Under the pieces are notes generated by a model, which was not told where the DNA came from, made no database searches, and saw only the letters and a list, made by a program, of their open reading frames with translations. Source: a virus. From it: a stretch of DNA of 64,000 bases. The stretch spans positions 4,429-68,428 of IMG/VR virus record IMGVR_UViG_3300025645_000061; one strand, given 5' to 3'. Positions 1-10,446 of this stretch are shown here, piece by piece (the first letter of the stretch is position 1; each line of letters begins with the position of its first letter). A program made the position numbers and the translations under genes.

Positions 1-121
1 AGTAATAAAACCTTTGATTTCCCTTACTGTCTCGGATCGTTGACGGTAAACTTATGTTAAATAATAATAATAAAAATAAGAATATACCGTGTAATAACAC
101 TGGGGGTTTCTTGGTGGGGGT

Positions 122-481
122 ATGCTCATGATGGAACTTTTAGCTATGATGTGGAAACAACTAACTCATAATACTGCACTAGCGTTTATAGCTGTTGTCC
201 TTATCTCAGGTTCTAATTCTTATGTAGCGTTAGAGTCCTCAAGAACAAACCATAACGTAGAAGCAACCAACAGAACAATGGTAGCCATTTCAGAAAGAAG
301 TGAAAGTAATAGCCAGATTCTTGCAAAAACACAAAGAGATATGTTAAACTTGCAAGAGAAATTGTTTAACAGAGATTACGAACAGGATAAGGTTATTGCT
401 CAAATTTATAGAGATATCCTTGACACAGAATCTCGTGTTAATAGACTAGAAGTACACAGTTTACAGAATAACCGAAAATAA
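122..481 (+). CDS. Membrane-anchored coiled-coil protein (holin/spanin-like candidate)
   Basis: One N-terminal hydrophobic helix (ALAFIAVVLISG) followed by a heptad-rich segment; function inferred only. Confidence 0.45.
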   Translation: MLMMELLAMMWKQLTHNTALAFIAVVLISGSNSYVALESSRTNHNVEATNRTMVAISERSESNSQILAKTQRDMLNLQEKLFNRDYEQDKVIAQIYRDILDTESRVNRLEVHSLQNNRK

Positions 482-562
482 GTAAGACTAGTCAGAAGAT
501 GCTAACCTGAACCATTAGGTTTACATAAAGGAGAAATCTTCCATTTTTATTTAAATAAATAC

Positions 563-590
563 TTGACATATAGAAAATCTGTGGTATATT
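563..590 (+). promoter_or_regulatory. sigma70-type promoter
   Basis: TTGACA-16 nt-TATATT with extended -10 TG and an AT-rich upstream tract. Confidence 0.65.
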
Positions 591-672
591 AGTACATGGA
601 TAAGGGACAGGAACGGTTTCCTGCTTATCGTCACTCGTAAAGGGTTTAGCCGATAAATTACCCGGAGGTTGT

Positions 673-897
673 ATGAATATAGTATTCAACGTAGCAAAGT
701 ATTTACTCTGCATCGGGCTTATGGCACTAACGACAGTTGGTGTATTTGTGTGGTGTGTGGTACTAGGCAGTTACGCTAGTATCTTGTTCGGTCTAACGCT
801 GATGATGATGTCAGCACTGTACGCTTATGGTACTATGAGATTAGTTACATGGTTATGGGTTCTTAAGTATGAGGACTTCATACGACCCAAAGAATAG
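673..897 (+). CDS. Small two-TM membrane protein
   Basis: GGAGG RBS; two hydrophobic helices and a charged C-terminus. Confidence 0.55.
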   Translation: MNIVFNVAKYLLCIGLMALTTVGVFVWCVVLGSYASILFGLTLMMMSALYAYGTMRLVTWLWVLKYEDFIRPKE

Positions 898-1122
898 AAG
901 TGCTAGTTATAAGAAGCACGAAAAATAGTAACAGTAGCTACCTGTATAAAAGAAGCACTAATTAAAGAGTTTCTACTTAGGTGATAGCCGGGTAGACATG
1001 GTAGTAGATTAGGATAAATGTTGCATCTTTCTTCCGCTGAGTAGCCTATGTCGCTCATCTACCGAATAAGTTAATCGACGTATGCAAACGGTCTAAGTGG
1101 TTAACAACATACACAATTATAA

Positions 1123-1197
1123 GCTCGATTAGTTAACTCGGTATAACAAGGAACTTGTAATTCTTAGTAGGCAGTTCGAATCTGTCATTGAGCACCA
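1123..1197 (+). tRNA. tRNA-Thr(UGU)
   Basis: Acceptor GCTCGAT/ATTGAGC, anticodon loop CT-TGT-AA, T-loop GTTCGAAT, encoded CCA. Confidence 0.92.
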
Positions 1198-1264
1198 AAA
1201 ATTATACCCATTCTCTCTATTTCAATATAATATAATAAAAACTTACCCAACTGGAAAACTAATA

Positions 1265-3046
1265 ATGGCAATAGCAACAGACATTGCAATTGATGGCACA
1301 GGAGCTATCTACTATAAAGGGGCTGTGCATGGTGCGGCTGGAGCCGGCTACTACACAGTAATTGAACTTCATAGATTTGTACAAGATTTAGCAGATGATG
1401 CTACTGCTGCTGGTGATGATCTTATTGATATCACAAGCACAACACCTTCCGACAGATCAACAGATAACATTATCTCTATCCTTACGGGTTACTTACTAGA
1501 TGATACTAACGGTGCTGCTACAGACCCTATTACAGAACACTTGTATGATGGTTCTATTATTGAAGCAGACGGTACTATCTATGATGGTGTCGTGGTTATT
1601 GCTGGCGAAGGTATGGATTTGCAGATTATGCAAAACGGTGCTCAACTAGCCAATGACTACTGGAATACTATTCCGGATGGTCAGACTACCCCCGGTCTCA
1701 ATAGAGATACAGCAAACGGTATCTCTCATAGATTTATGATTGAAGTGAACACTGCTGGCACACCTATTGACGGTAGACGTTTGATTGGTATGACTCGTGT
1801 TGACTTCTCTACAGACACAGTAGATGGTAAGACATTCTCAGAGTTTAAGATTAACGGTACTGCTCGTGGCAATAACGTGATGGCTCTGACTTTTGCGAAT
1901 GACTTGAATGATACGTCATCTGCTGCTGCATTCTCCACTATCGCTAACATCAAAGAAGGTTATAATCTTTTAGATGTAAACAATGATACAGTAAACGAAG
2001 CATACTACTCACAGTGGAACAGAGATTCTTACACTATTAACCAATTCTACCAGAGAATGAAGTATTTGTCTCGTGGTGCTGCGGATAACGTAGGTACTCT
2101 TTACGGTATTGATGCTAAAATCTTCCGTGGTATTACACACGAAGTAGCTCTTACTGATCTAACAACTGGTATTTGGGTTGAACCTGAAGCATTGTCTTGG
2201 GGTACAGGCGCAACTGCTGGTACTGGACAATTACTTGCTATTGATAATACTGCTAGTGGTTCTGCTACTAAGTTATGGATGCAAATCCTAACAGGTGTTG
2301 CTCCAAATGCTAACACTATTACAAGTGCTACAAACGGTGCTACAGCAACAGCCGGTACAGTTGTAGAGCGTACAATCTCTACTCCTTTTGTTGGTGTATC
2401 AACTGGTACTTCACTTATTGGTTCATATGGTTTAGGTCTAGAAACAGCAGACCTAAGTTCTACAGATAAAGTGTTCGACTTAACAAATACACAGATTACA
2501 CCACCTAACAATGTAACATTTACAGTGTCTGGTATTGTGTCTGGTGAAGATAGAGTCCTAGTTGGCCCTGATACAGGTGCTACTGCTCTTGCTGATGGTC
2601 AGTTCTTAGTAAGTACAGCTATTACAGGTGCTTCTACTTCACTTATTGTTAAAGTTGGTACAGAAACCCCCGGTACTGGTACTAACTCAGCTACTGATAC
2701 ACCTAATACTGGTACTATCCGTATCCAAGAAGATACTACAGGTATTTTCCAGCGTGTTGCTTATACTGGCTTTACAGTTGGTGCTGGTATTATGACCTTC
2801 ACTGGTATTTCTGGCCCACCTATTGCCTCTATCAACAACAAAGTGTTCATCAGTTATATTGATACACTTGCAGGGGGTACTTCTGTAGCTTACTCTTCTG
2901 TTTATGTTGCAGATAGAGATGTATTTGTAAGGGTTCGTGATTCTGGTACTGCTGGTGATGGGTTTAGTATTAAGACTTTTGAAACCAAAGGTACAGTAGG
3001 CTCAAACGGCGGATCAACATCTGCTATTAGAACCTCTGACGAATAA
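1265..3046 (+). CDS. Virion structural protein; putative major fibre/filament subunit (593 aa)
   Basis: G/T/A-rich beta protein; N-domain shared with ORF 5055, C-domain shared with ORF 3086. Confidence 0.6.
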   Translation: MAIATDIAIDGTGAIYYKGAVHGAAGAGYYTVIELHRFVQDLADDATAAGDDLIDITSTTPSDRSTDNIISILTGYLLDDTNGAATDPITEHLYDGSIIEADGTIYDGVVVIAGEGMDLQIMQNGAQLANDYWNTIPDGQTTPGLNRDTANGISHRFMIEVNTAGTPIDGRRLIGMTRVDFSTDTVDGKTFSEFKINGTARGNNVMALTFANDLNDTSSAAAFSTIANIKEGYNLLDVNNDTVNEAYYSQWNRDSYTINQFYQRMKYLSRGAADNVGTLYGIDAKIFRGITHEVALTDLTTGIWVEPEALSWGTGATAGTGQLLAIDNTASGSATKLWMQILTGVAPNANTITSATNGATATAGTVVERTISTPFVGVSTGTSLIGSYGLGLETADLSSTDKVFDLTNTQITPPNNVTFTVSGIVSGEDRVLVGPDTGATALADGQFLVSTAITGASTSLIVKVGTETPGTGTNSATDTPNTGTIRIQEDTTGIFQRVAYTGFTVGAGIMTFTGISGPPIASINNKVFISYIDTLAGGTSVAYSSVYVADRDVFVRVRDSGTAGDGFSIKTFETKGTVGSNGGSTSAIRTSDE

Positions 3047-3085
3047 TAGAGTCCTCATAGGGGTAAATTTAAGAGAGGTTAATAG

Positions 3086-4855
3086 ATGACAGTTACAGTT
3101 ACTTGGGATGGCACTAATGGTGCTGGTGGTGATGGTGTTATTGATACCGCAGATAACGTAGGTAACTGGACTGCTATTAAAATTACTTCTGGTGGTCAAG
3201 CACCAACTGCTGTAGCTGCTGATGCTGCTTATGAAGGCACTAACAATGTTACCTGTCGATCTGATAACAAACGTGTATATATGTATACAGATATTGGAGT
3301 GGGTAACGAGTTAAACTTTACAGGTGGTGGTAACGCTGAAGGGGAGTTGATCTATATTTGGGTCAACTTCCTAGCAAGCTCTCTCTTGGGAACACAAGCT
3401 GCGGGTTCATTAGGTGTTTTTCTTGAATCATCTACACCTTCCTCTACTCAATACCACTTGTGGTACTTCTATGGGGCTGATAACTACACTGGTGGTTGGA
3501 AAAGGCTTGTACTAGATCCCACTAAGACAGTATCCGCTTCAAGCGGAACAGCTATTGACCTAACATCTGTTCGTTATATTGGGGCATTTGCACAAACAGT
3601 GGCTACTGCTAAGTTCGATAACTTTGTTGTTGACCAGTGTGCGGTTGGTAAGGGTATTAAAGTTACAGGTTCCTCAACATTAGGTTTGATGGAAGAGCTT
3701 CTGGCAAATGAAGAAGCTAATAGGTATGGGGTTTTAACCGCCCTAAATGACTCAGGAACAGCGTATCAATTATCGGGTAGATTAACTCTCGGAGATAATG
3801 TTGGTGTTCTTGCTTCAAATATCACAGATGAAGATTCAAAAATCTTCCTTGCTGAACCCCTTTACTATCAAGGTGCTGTTTTGGCGGCTGCTCCGTTAAC
3901 TTATACGGGGTTGGATATTGTAGGTAATGCTACTGGAGCTACAGATGTATCTCTTGGACAGCAAGTAGGGACTACTCAAGGGCGAAACGGAATATCTATA
4001 ATAGGAAATGACACCTATACTATGGATTTGGACACTGATGATACCGCTGTGGAATCTTCCGATTTCTTCGGGTGTACCTTAGAAAATATCACTGGTACTC
4101 TAAACATAGATGGTAATCATAATTTTGATTCTGTTACGATGGTTTCATGTTCTATATTGAATGTTGCAACAGGGATGACCATCAACAACCTATCTTCTGT
4201 AAATAGTGGTCAAATTATACTTACAGGTTTGGCAGCTCTTGTTGATAGTTTGGTGGTTAACAATGTAGCAACAGTGGCTATTACCGTAGCTGATCTAGGA
4301 CAATTGACTAATTGTAGGTTTACCTCTGATGGAACAGGACATGCAGTAGATTTAGGTACAATCTCTGTAACAGACACTATGTCTTGGAATAACACCGACA
4401 CAGGTTATGCTGGTACAAATGGAGCTACAGGCAACGAGACAATTCTTGTAAATGTAGCTACAAGCCAAACGCTAACAATCAATGTAGGTAGTGGGTACTC
4501 CACACCAACGATATATAACACCGGAGCTGGTACTGTTTCTGTTGTATCTGGACAGGTGACGTTAACTATCACTGTTAGAGACATTAATGATGCTACCTTA
4601 TTAGAAAATGCAAGAGTTTATGTTACAGCAGCGGCTGGCGGCTCATTAACTGTTGGTACGGTTATTATAGATAAAGCTTTAACCAACGTTAGTGGTGTTG
4701 TAACTGACACTAGGAGTTATTCAACAGATCAACCTATTGAAGGTGTTGTACGATTTAGCACATCTCCTAATTTCTACAAGACTTCCCCGATATCTGGTAC
4801 TGTAAATAATGCCAGTGGATTATCACTAAATATACAAATGATTAAGGATGTGTAA
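3086..4855 (+). CDS. Virion structural protein; putative fibre tip/adhesin (lectin-like N-domain, beta-helix, Ig-like C-domain)
   Basis: GGWKRLVLDP...FDNFVVD jelly-roll-like segment, beta-helix-like middle, C-domain paralogous to ORF 1265. Confidence 0.55.
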   Translation: MTVTVTWDGTNGAGGDGVIDTADNVGNWTAIKITSGGQAPTAVAADAAYEGTNNVTCRSDNKRVYMYTDIGVGNELNFTGGGNAEGELIYIWVNFLASSLLGTQAAGSLGVFLESSTPSSTQYHLWYFYGADNYTGGWKRLVLDPTKTVSASSGTAIDLTSVRYIGAFAQTVATAKFDNFVVDQCAVGKGIKVTGSSTLGLMEELLANEEANRYGVLTALNDSGTAYQLSGRLTLGDNVGVLASNITDEDSKIFLAEPLYYQGAVLAAAPLTYTGLDIVGNATGATDVSLGQQVGTTQGRNGISIIGNDTYTMDLDTDDTAVESSDFFGCTLENITGTLNIDGNHNFDSVTMVSCSILNVATGMTINNLSSVNSGQIILTGLAALVDSLVVNNVATVAITVADLGQLTNCRFTSDGTGHAVDLGTISVTDTMSWNNTDTGYAGTNGATGNETILVNVATSQTLTINVGSGYSTPTIYNTGAGTVSVVSGQVTLTITVRDINDATLLENARVYVTAAAGGSLTVGTVIIDKALTNVSGVVTDTRSYSTDQPIEGVVRFSTSPNFYKTSPISGTVNNASGLSLNIQMIKDV

Positions 4856-5055
4856 TGTCGGACAGTATGGAACAAAGAAACATACTAACTCTCCACGAGG
4901 TTATTAAAGAACAAAGAACCAAAATTAATGATCTTATAATAGGGTTACAAACTACTAATAATAATATAGCTATCCTTCAGGCAGACTTACAAAATACCAA
5001 ACAGATGATTGCTGTACTTAAGGGTATAGGGATGGGGAGTACGGTGCATAATTAA
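4855..5055 (+). CDS. Small coiled-coil protein, translationally coupled within the fibre cassette
   Basis: TAATG overlaps on both sides; heptad pattern. Confidence 0.65.
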   Translation: MSDSMEQRNILTLHEVIKEQRTKINDLIIGLQTTNNNIAILQADLQNTKQMIAVLKGIGMGSTVHN

Positions 5056-6803
5056 TGGCTATCTCGATTGATTGGGGGCAGCGAATTATTAATATTCCTA
5101 GAGCTGATATGTCTCTGGTTCAATCAGTCCCCACAGAGATCAGACAGCTTAATTTAGACACATTCAGAAGAACTCTTAAAGATTTAGAAGATGATCCAGA
5201 GGGAATGCCCTTTCCAAATACACACAACCACAATACTACAGTGGAAGTAGGAGGGGTTCTTCTTTCTCGTGTTATAGAAATTATTAATGGATACAGTATT
5301 ACTTTTGAAGACGGTCAATATGCTGTTAACTTAGTTGGTGCTAATTCTAATGTAGGGGATGTTGTTAACGTAAACCAAGTATCTGTGAGGTCTGCTAATT
5401 CAGCCGGTCTACAGGATTTGTCTACATTACTTTCCTCTGCATATCAAGGTAAAGTTGTACTAGATATAATAAGAGGACAGGCGGGTACAGATGTACCTAT
5501 TGGAACCTTATTTAGTCCGAGTAATAACGCTATACAGGCTATTCAGATAGCAGATAATCAAGGTATTGATATCATAAGTGTTACTGGAGACTACACCTTT
5601 GACACTGGACACGACATAAGCAATAAGCGGGTAGAAGGTCAAAACATGACCTTGAGCACAATTATAATAGAACCGGGAGCCAATGCTTTACAGTGTGAGT
5701 TCTCTGAATGTCACTTACAAGGTACTCTTGATGGTGGGTCTACTGTAGAAAGGAGTCTAATCACTACATTAAATTATGTAGATGGCTTCCTACATGAGTG
5801 TGTTCTATCAGCAGGGTTAATTACATTAGGAAATAATGCAGTTGCTTACTTTCTACATTGTTACTCAGGTATTCCGGGGGTTGGTACTCCAACAATAGAT
5901 ATGGGGGGTACTGGACAGTCCTTGGCTATGAGAGGGTACAGTGGCGGTATACAGCTTAGAAATAAAACTGGGCCAGAGTCTGTATCTATTGATTTACAAT
6001 CTGGTAAGGTTATCTTAGAAAACACAGTTGTAGCAGGAACTATTGTTGTTAGAGGTGATGGTAAGCTAACAGATATCAATGGTAATCACTTATTCTCTGG
6101 AACATGGAATGGTGGAGTTACTATAATCAATGAAACAACCAGTATGCTTCACGACCACACCTTAGAGTCTATTGCGGGTGCAGTATGGGATGAACGCTTA
6201 ACAGGTGCTACCCACAACATCCCAACATCAGCAGGAAGAAGATTACGAGAATCCTCATCACAAGTAATCACAACAGGGACAGCGATTGGTTCAGGGACAG
6301 GCAGTAACCAGATACAATTAAACGGTGACGCAAGTACAATTGATAATGCATACGATCCCGCCTCTGTATCTATTGTTGGTGGCACTGGCTTTGGTCAATC
6401 TAGGGGAATCATACAATATGAAGGTTCTATTAAGTTAGCTACAGTAGATAGAAACTGGAAGGTAAACCCTGATAATACATCTGAATATGTTATTTTTGGA
6501 TGGGTTGGCAGAGAGCATGTAAATGAAGGTTTGGCACAAGCTGGCACTGCTAATACAATTACACTAAACTCTTTAGCTAGTTCGTCAAATGACGTTTACA
6601 TTGGTCAGCTTGTATTTATTAGATCAGGAACAGGTGACGATCAAGTGGGCAATGTTATTGCCTATGATGGGACAACTAAGATAGCAACTGTAGCTCATAA
6701 TTGGGCTGTAACACCTGATTCAACTAGCGGGTACGCTATGCTTCCTTTACAGAGTAGTAATGACTTAGTAGCAGAGGCTGTCTGGACATATACGAGGCCA
6801 TAA
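5055..6803 (+). CDS. Virion structural protein; putative fibre base/anchor subunit
   Basis: N-domain paralogous to ORF 1265; beta-helix; two tandem ~72-aa C-terminal repeats; two AVW motifs. Confidence 0.55.
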   Translation: MAISIDWGQRIINIPRADMSLVQSVPTEIRQLNLDTFRRTLKDLEDDPEGMPFPNTHNHNTTVEVGGVLLSRVIEIINGYSITFEDGQYAVNLVGANSNVGDVVNVNQVSVRSANSAGLQDLSTLLSSAYQGKVVLDIIRGQAGTDVPIGTLFSPSNNAIQAIQIADNQGIDIISVTGDYTFDTGHDISNKRVEGQNMTLSTIIIEPGANALQCEFSECHLQGTLDGGSTVERSLITTLNYVDGFLHECVLSAGLITLGNNAVAYFLHCYSGIPGVGTPTIDMGGTGQSLAMRGYSGGIQLRNKTGPESVSIDLQSGKVILENTVVAGTIVVRGDGKLTDINGNHLFSGTWNGGVTIINETTSMLHDHTLESIAGAVWDERLTGATHNIPTSAGRRLRESSSQVITTGTAIGSGTGSNQIQLNGDASTIDNAYDPASVSIVGGTGFGQSRGIIQYEGSIKLATVDRNWKVNPDNTSEYVIFGWVGREHVNEGLAQAGTANTITLNSLASSSNDVYIGQLVFIRSGTGDDQVGNVIAYDGTTKIATVAHNWAVTPDSTSGYAMLPLQSSNDLVAEAVWTYTRP

Positions 6804-6805
6804 CT

Positions 6806-7087
6806 ATGGACGCTTGGAACACCATGTTATCCACAAGTACAGCATCTTCTGGTGCTGATGCTTGGGTACATCTAAACAGTCAAGGGATTGGAGGGGGGTT
6901 TATAACTATCCCCGTATTATCTGAAATAAACATAGAAGTCTCAGGAATGGAAACTATTGCAGTTAATATTGCTGAAGAAAAGAAGATTCCTATTCTTATT
7001 AACGATAATACTATCTCAGTAAAAGACTCAGAATCAGAGATATCCGTATTTAAAAACAACACAACAATACCAATAATCAAATGCTAA
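6806..7087 (+). CDS. Hypothetical protein of the fibre cassette
   Basis: Tightly packed ORF with a repeated DAW motif. Confidence 0.55.
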   Translation: MDAWNTMLSTSTASSGADAWVHLNSQGIGGGFITIPVLSEINIEVSGMETIAVNIAEEKKIPILINDNTISVKDSESEISVFKNNTTIPIIKC

Positions 7088-7102
7088 AGGAGTATTAATT
7101 AA

Positions 7103-7480
7103 GTGGATTGGAGATATGATAATTCTACCGACTCCTTCAGTTTAGACATTGGGGAGTTTATATCAGCTAGAGGAATATTAATTGCTGACATTACTGAAGC
7201 AATCTATATGGTTAAAGCTTCTAGATCAGATACAGACTTAGCGGCTCTAGCCACACTTACCATAGGCGATGGTATTACTAAAGTTGCTGCCTCTGGAACA
7301 GAACCTGACAAACTTACTATCAAGTTTAGAGAAGCAGATTTTGGAGTAGGGTTCTTAGAAACAGATGCCCCACAATATTACACTGGAGCTGGGATTAAAA
7401 TTGCAGGGTACACAAAGTACGTTGAAATGGACTTAGCTGATAACAGGCTAGTGATAATCCCTGATTTTATACACGATTAA
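7103..7480 (+). CDS. Ig/BppU-N-like beta-sandwich adaptor (putative)
   Basis: AAGGAG RBS, GTG start; alternating beta pattern resembling fibre attachment domains (inference). Confidence 0.45.
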   Translation: MDWRYDNSTDSFSLDIGEFISARGILIADITEAIYMVKASRSDTDLAALATLTIGDGITKVAASGTEPDKLTIKFREADFGVGFLETDAPQYYTGAGIKIAGYTKYVEMDLADNRLVIIPDFIHD

Positions 7481-7500
7481 AATTAAATTAAAAATAATGC

Positions 7501-7528
7501 TTGACTTTTTTAAAAAGCATGGTATATT
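7501..7528 (+). promoter_or_regulatory. sigma70-type promoter for terL
   Basis: TTGACT-16 nt-TATATT with TG extension. Confidence 0.6.
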
Positions 7529-7554
7529 AAATACATAGTTGATGTGGAGGCACA

Positions 7555-8985
7555 ATGGCTAAGAAGCAATATGGCCCTGCATCACTAAAGCAGGAAATGT
7601 ATGTAAACTCTAATGCAACTATCACCGTTTTTGGTGGTGCTGCTGGTAGTGGCAAATCTTATATGGGTCTTATGGACTTACTTAAGTGGGTACACATGCC
7701 ATCATTTCGTGGTGTTGTTTTCAGACGTACTACTCCCCAACTTAAAGGTGTTGGTGGTATGTGGGATACAGCCCAAGAGATGTATACAGAGTTATTTCCT
7801 AAATTACAGGTAGCATCCAAAGATAGTAAAATAACGTTTCCATCTAAAGCTCAGATTATGATGAAACACATGGAACACGTTAAAGATAAATTTAACATCC
7901 AAGGATGGCAGATATCAGAAGCACTTGTAGATGAAGCTTGTCAGTTTGAAGAAGAACAGATTATGTATATCATATCTCGCCTTCGTAACACTACTGAAAA
8001 AGACTTTAAATCTCACCTTAAAATGACTTGCAACCCCGATTACGATTCTTTCTTAAGAGTATGGCTAGAGAAAGCACAATACTTAGACAAAGAGGGTTTT
8101 CCTATTGAAGAACGTTGTGGGAAGTTAGTTTATTGTGGGCAGGTATCAGGTGGTATGGAGTTTGAACAATCCCTAGAAGATTGGGAAGAAAAATACCCAA
8201 AATCTACACCTTTAACCTTTTGCTTTATTAATGCTACTTGCAAAGATAACCCTATCCTTCTTGAAATGGAACCAGATTATCTTTCTAAACTAGAAAACTT
8301 ACCTAGAGTAGAATGTGATAGGTTGTTACACGGAAACTGGTATGCTCGTGAAGAAGCATCTGGTTACTGGAAAAGAGAGTGGTGTGGAGACCCCATATCG
8401 CTATACCAAATCCCACAAGGGCTTAGAACAGTTCGTAGTTGGGATATGGCAGCTACACTACCTTCAGAGATATACCCTGACCCCGATTTTACAGTTGGTA
8501 TTAAAGGTTGTGTTGATGGGGAAGGTACAGTGTACATAATGGACGTTAAGAGGTTCAGAGAAAGACCAGCCGGAGTTATTGATAAAGTATTAGGCTCTGG
8601 TTTAACCGATGGACAGGATTGCACTATAACAATCCCGAAAGACCCCGGTGCTGCTGGCAAGGCTGCTGCTGATAATGTAACTTCTAAATGCTTTGAAGCT
8701 GGATTTACATGCAGACAGAAACAAACAAAAACAGGTAAAGATAAAAGATTTGAACCTGTAGCTGCATTAGCAGAAAACGGAATGATTAAAATAGTTAAAG
8801 GGGATTGGAATAAAATATTTCATGATGAACTTGAGGCTTTTGGATCAGGAAGAGGACACGATGATATCGTTGATGCTATAGCCGATTTAGTGCATGAACT
8901 ATGTCAAAGAACAGCAATACCAAGCTTCTCTTGTCCAGATGGACTTTTACAGACAAACCCATTTAATAACCCCTTGAGGATTTAA
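7555..8985 (+). CDS. terL: Terminase large subunit
   Basis: Walker A GGAAGSGKS, Walker B LVDE, TCNP coupling motif, nuclease SWDMA and HDDIVDA. Confidence 0.95.
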   Translation: MAKKQYGPASLKQEMYVNSNATITVFGGAAGSGKSYMGLMDLLKWVHMPSFRGVVFRRTTPQLKGVGGMWDTAQEMYTELFPKLQVASKDSKITFPSKAQIMMKHMEHVKDKFNIQGWQISEALVDEACQFEEEQIMYIISRLRNTTEKDFKSHLKMTCNPDYDSFLRVWLEKAQYLDKEGFPIEERCGKLVYCGQVSGGMEFEQSLEDWEEKYPKSTPLTFCFINATCKDNPILLEMEPDYLSKLENLPRVECDRLLHGNWYAREEASGYWKREWCGDPISLYQIPQGLRTVRSWDMAATLPSEIYPDPDFTVGIKGCVDGEGTVYIMDVKRFRERPAGVIDKVLGSGLTDGQDCTITIPKDPGAAGKAAADNVTSKCFEAGFTCRQKQTKTGKDKRFEPVAALAENGMIKIVKGDWNKIFHDELEAFGSGRGHDDIVDAIADLVHELCQRTAIPSFSCPDGLLQTNPFNNPLRI

Positions 8986-8988
8986 ACT

Positions 8989-10443
8989 TTGAGTAACAAC
9001 CCAACAGATGTAAAGCTCCTCAGTGAGGCTGCTAGGGTGGTTATGCCTGAACTAGGAAATTCCGGTTTAGCTAATCCTCTAGGACTTATTAGGGATGACT
9101 TTTATAGAGAGCTTGAATACCCTTTAGCTGCAAAAACCTTTAAGAATATGACATACCACCCTACTGTATCTTCAGCTATTACAGTTATTGAAGACACTAT
9201 TCGTAGAGTTAATTGGTCAGTTGAAGCTCCTAAAGATGCCACTCCTGAAATGAAAGTACGAACAAAGTATATTGAGTCTTGTATGCACGACATGGATAGG
9301 ACTTGGGCAGAATATATTCAAGAGTTCTTATCTATACTTATTTACGGTTTCTCCGTTAATGAGAAAGTCTGGAAAAGGCGTACAAAAAAGAATAACAAGT
9401 CTAGACATGATGATGGTTTAATCGGTTGGAAAAGATTACCTTCTAGAAGCCAAGCATCTATCAAACGTTGGGTTTGGGATGACGAAGGTAGAGACCTCAT
9501 TGGTGTTATCCAAGACCTTTCACAAGTTAAAGGTGGTAACCTTAGATATAACGTTGATGGAACCTTGATAGGTATTCCTAGATCAAAATTCTTACACTTT
9601 AGACACAATGCACAACTAGATAATCCAGAAGGAAATTCTCCACTTAAACAAGTGTTTATACCTTGGAGTTATCTAACTACTATTGAGGAATATGAAGCAG
9701 TTGGAATTAGCCGTGACATGAACGGTATGCCAATGATTAAGCTTCCCCCTGAATACATGGCAGCGAATGCCTCTGATGATAAGAAAGCTGTTTTTGAGTA
9801 TATGAAACAAGTTATCAGAAACATTAATGCTAACGAACAATCTGGATTAGTATTTCCTAAGTTTGTAGACCCTGATACTAAAGCTGATGCTTTCGAGTTT
9901 TCACTAGTTGGTACTCAAGGTAATAAGAACTACGACACTGACGCAATCATTCGTAGGTACGAACAGAAGATTCTTATGACCTTCTTAGCTGATGTACTTC
10001 TTTTAGGTCATAGTGCTGTAGGCTCTAATGCGTTAGCTTCTGAAAAGTCAAGTCTTTTAGCTGTTAAAGTTGAAGCTATCTTAGCTCAAATTGTAGACAT
10101 TATTAACACAGACTTGATACCACATACCTTCCGTATGAACGGTTGGGATGACACTATCACACCTAAACTTACTTTTGACAGTTTTGAAGATACTTCTTTA
10201 GATGAAGTCGGTAAATTGGTTCAACGTGCAGTATCTGTTGGAGCTATGTCTATTGACGAACCACTGTCTAACTACCTGAGAGACCTTATAGGGGCTTCTG
10301 ACGCTGATCCTTCAGCACCAGTGCTAATGCCCTCTGACTCTATTAGTAGTGCAGGAGAGGGTTTTAAAACGGCTGGAGAGGGTACTGCAACTTCTCCCGG
10401 TGGAAGTGATAGTTCAAGTAACAATAATGATAACGCGAGTTAA
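8989..10443 (+). CDS. Portal protein
   Basis: Follows terL; DNPEGNSPL and YGFSVNEKVW motifs typical of DUF935-type portals. Confidence 0.9.
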   Translation: MSNNPTDVKLLSEAARVVMPELGNSGLANPLGLIRDDFYRELEYPLAAKTFKNMTYHPTVSSAITVIEDTIRRVNWSVEAPKDATPEMKVRTKYIESCMHDMDRTWAEYIQEFLSILIYGFSVNEKVWKRRTKKNNKSRHDDGLIGWKRLPSRSQASIKRWVWDDEGRDLIGVIQDLSQVKGGNLRYNVDGTLIGIPRSKFLHFRHNAQLDNPEGNSPLKQVFIPWSYLTTIEEYEAVGISRDMNGMPMIKLPPEYMAANASDDKKAVFEYMKQVIRNINANEQSGLVFPKFVDPDTKADAFEFSLVGTQGNKNYDTDAIIRRYEQKILMTFLADVLLLGHSAVGSNALASEKSSLLAVKVEAILAQIVDIINTDLIPHTFRMNGWDDTITPKLTFDSFEDTSLDEVGKLVQRAVSVGAMSIDEPLSNYLRDLIGASDADPSAPVLMPSDSISSAGEGFKTAGEGTATSPGGSDSSSNNNDNAS

Positions 10444-10446
10444 CTT

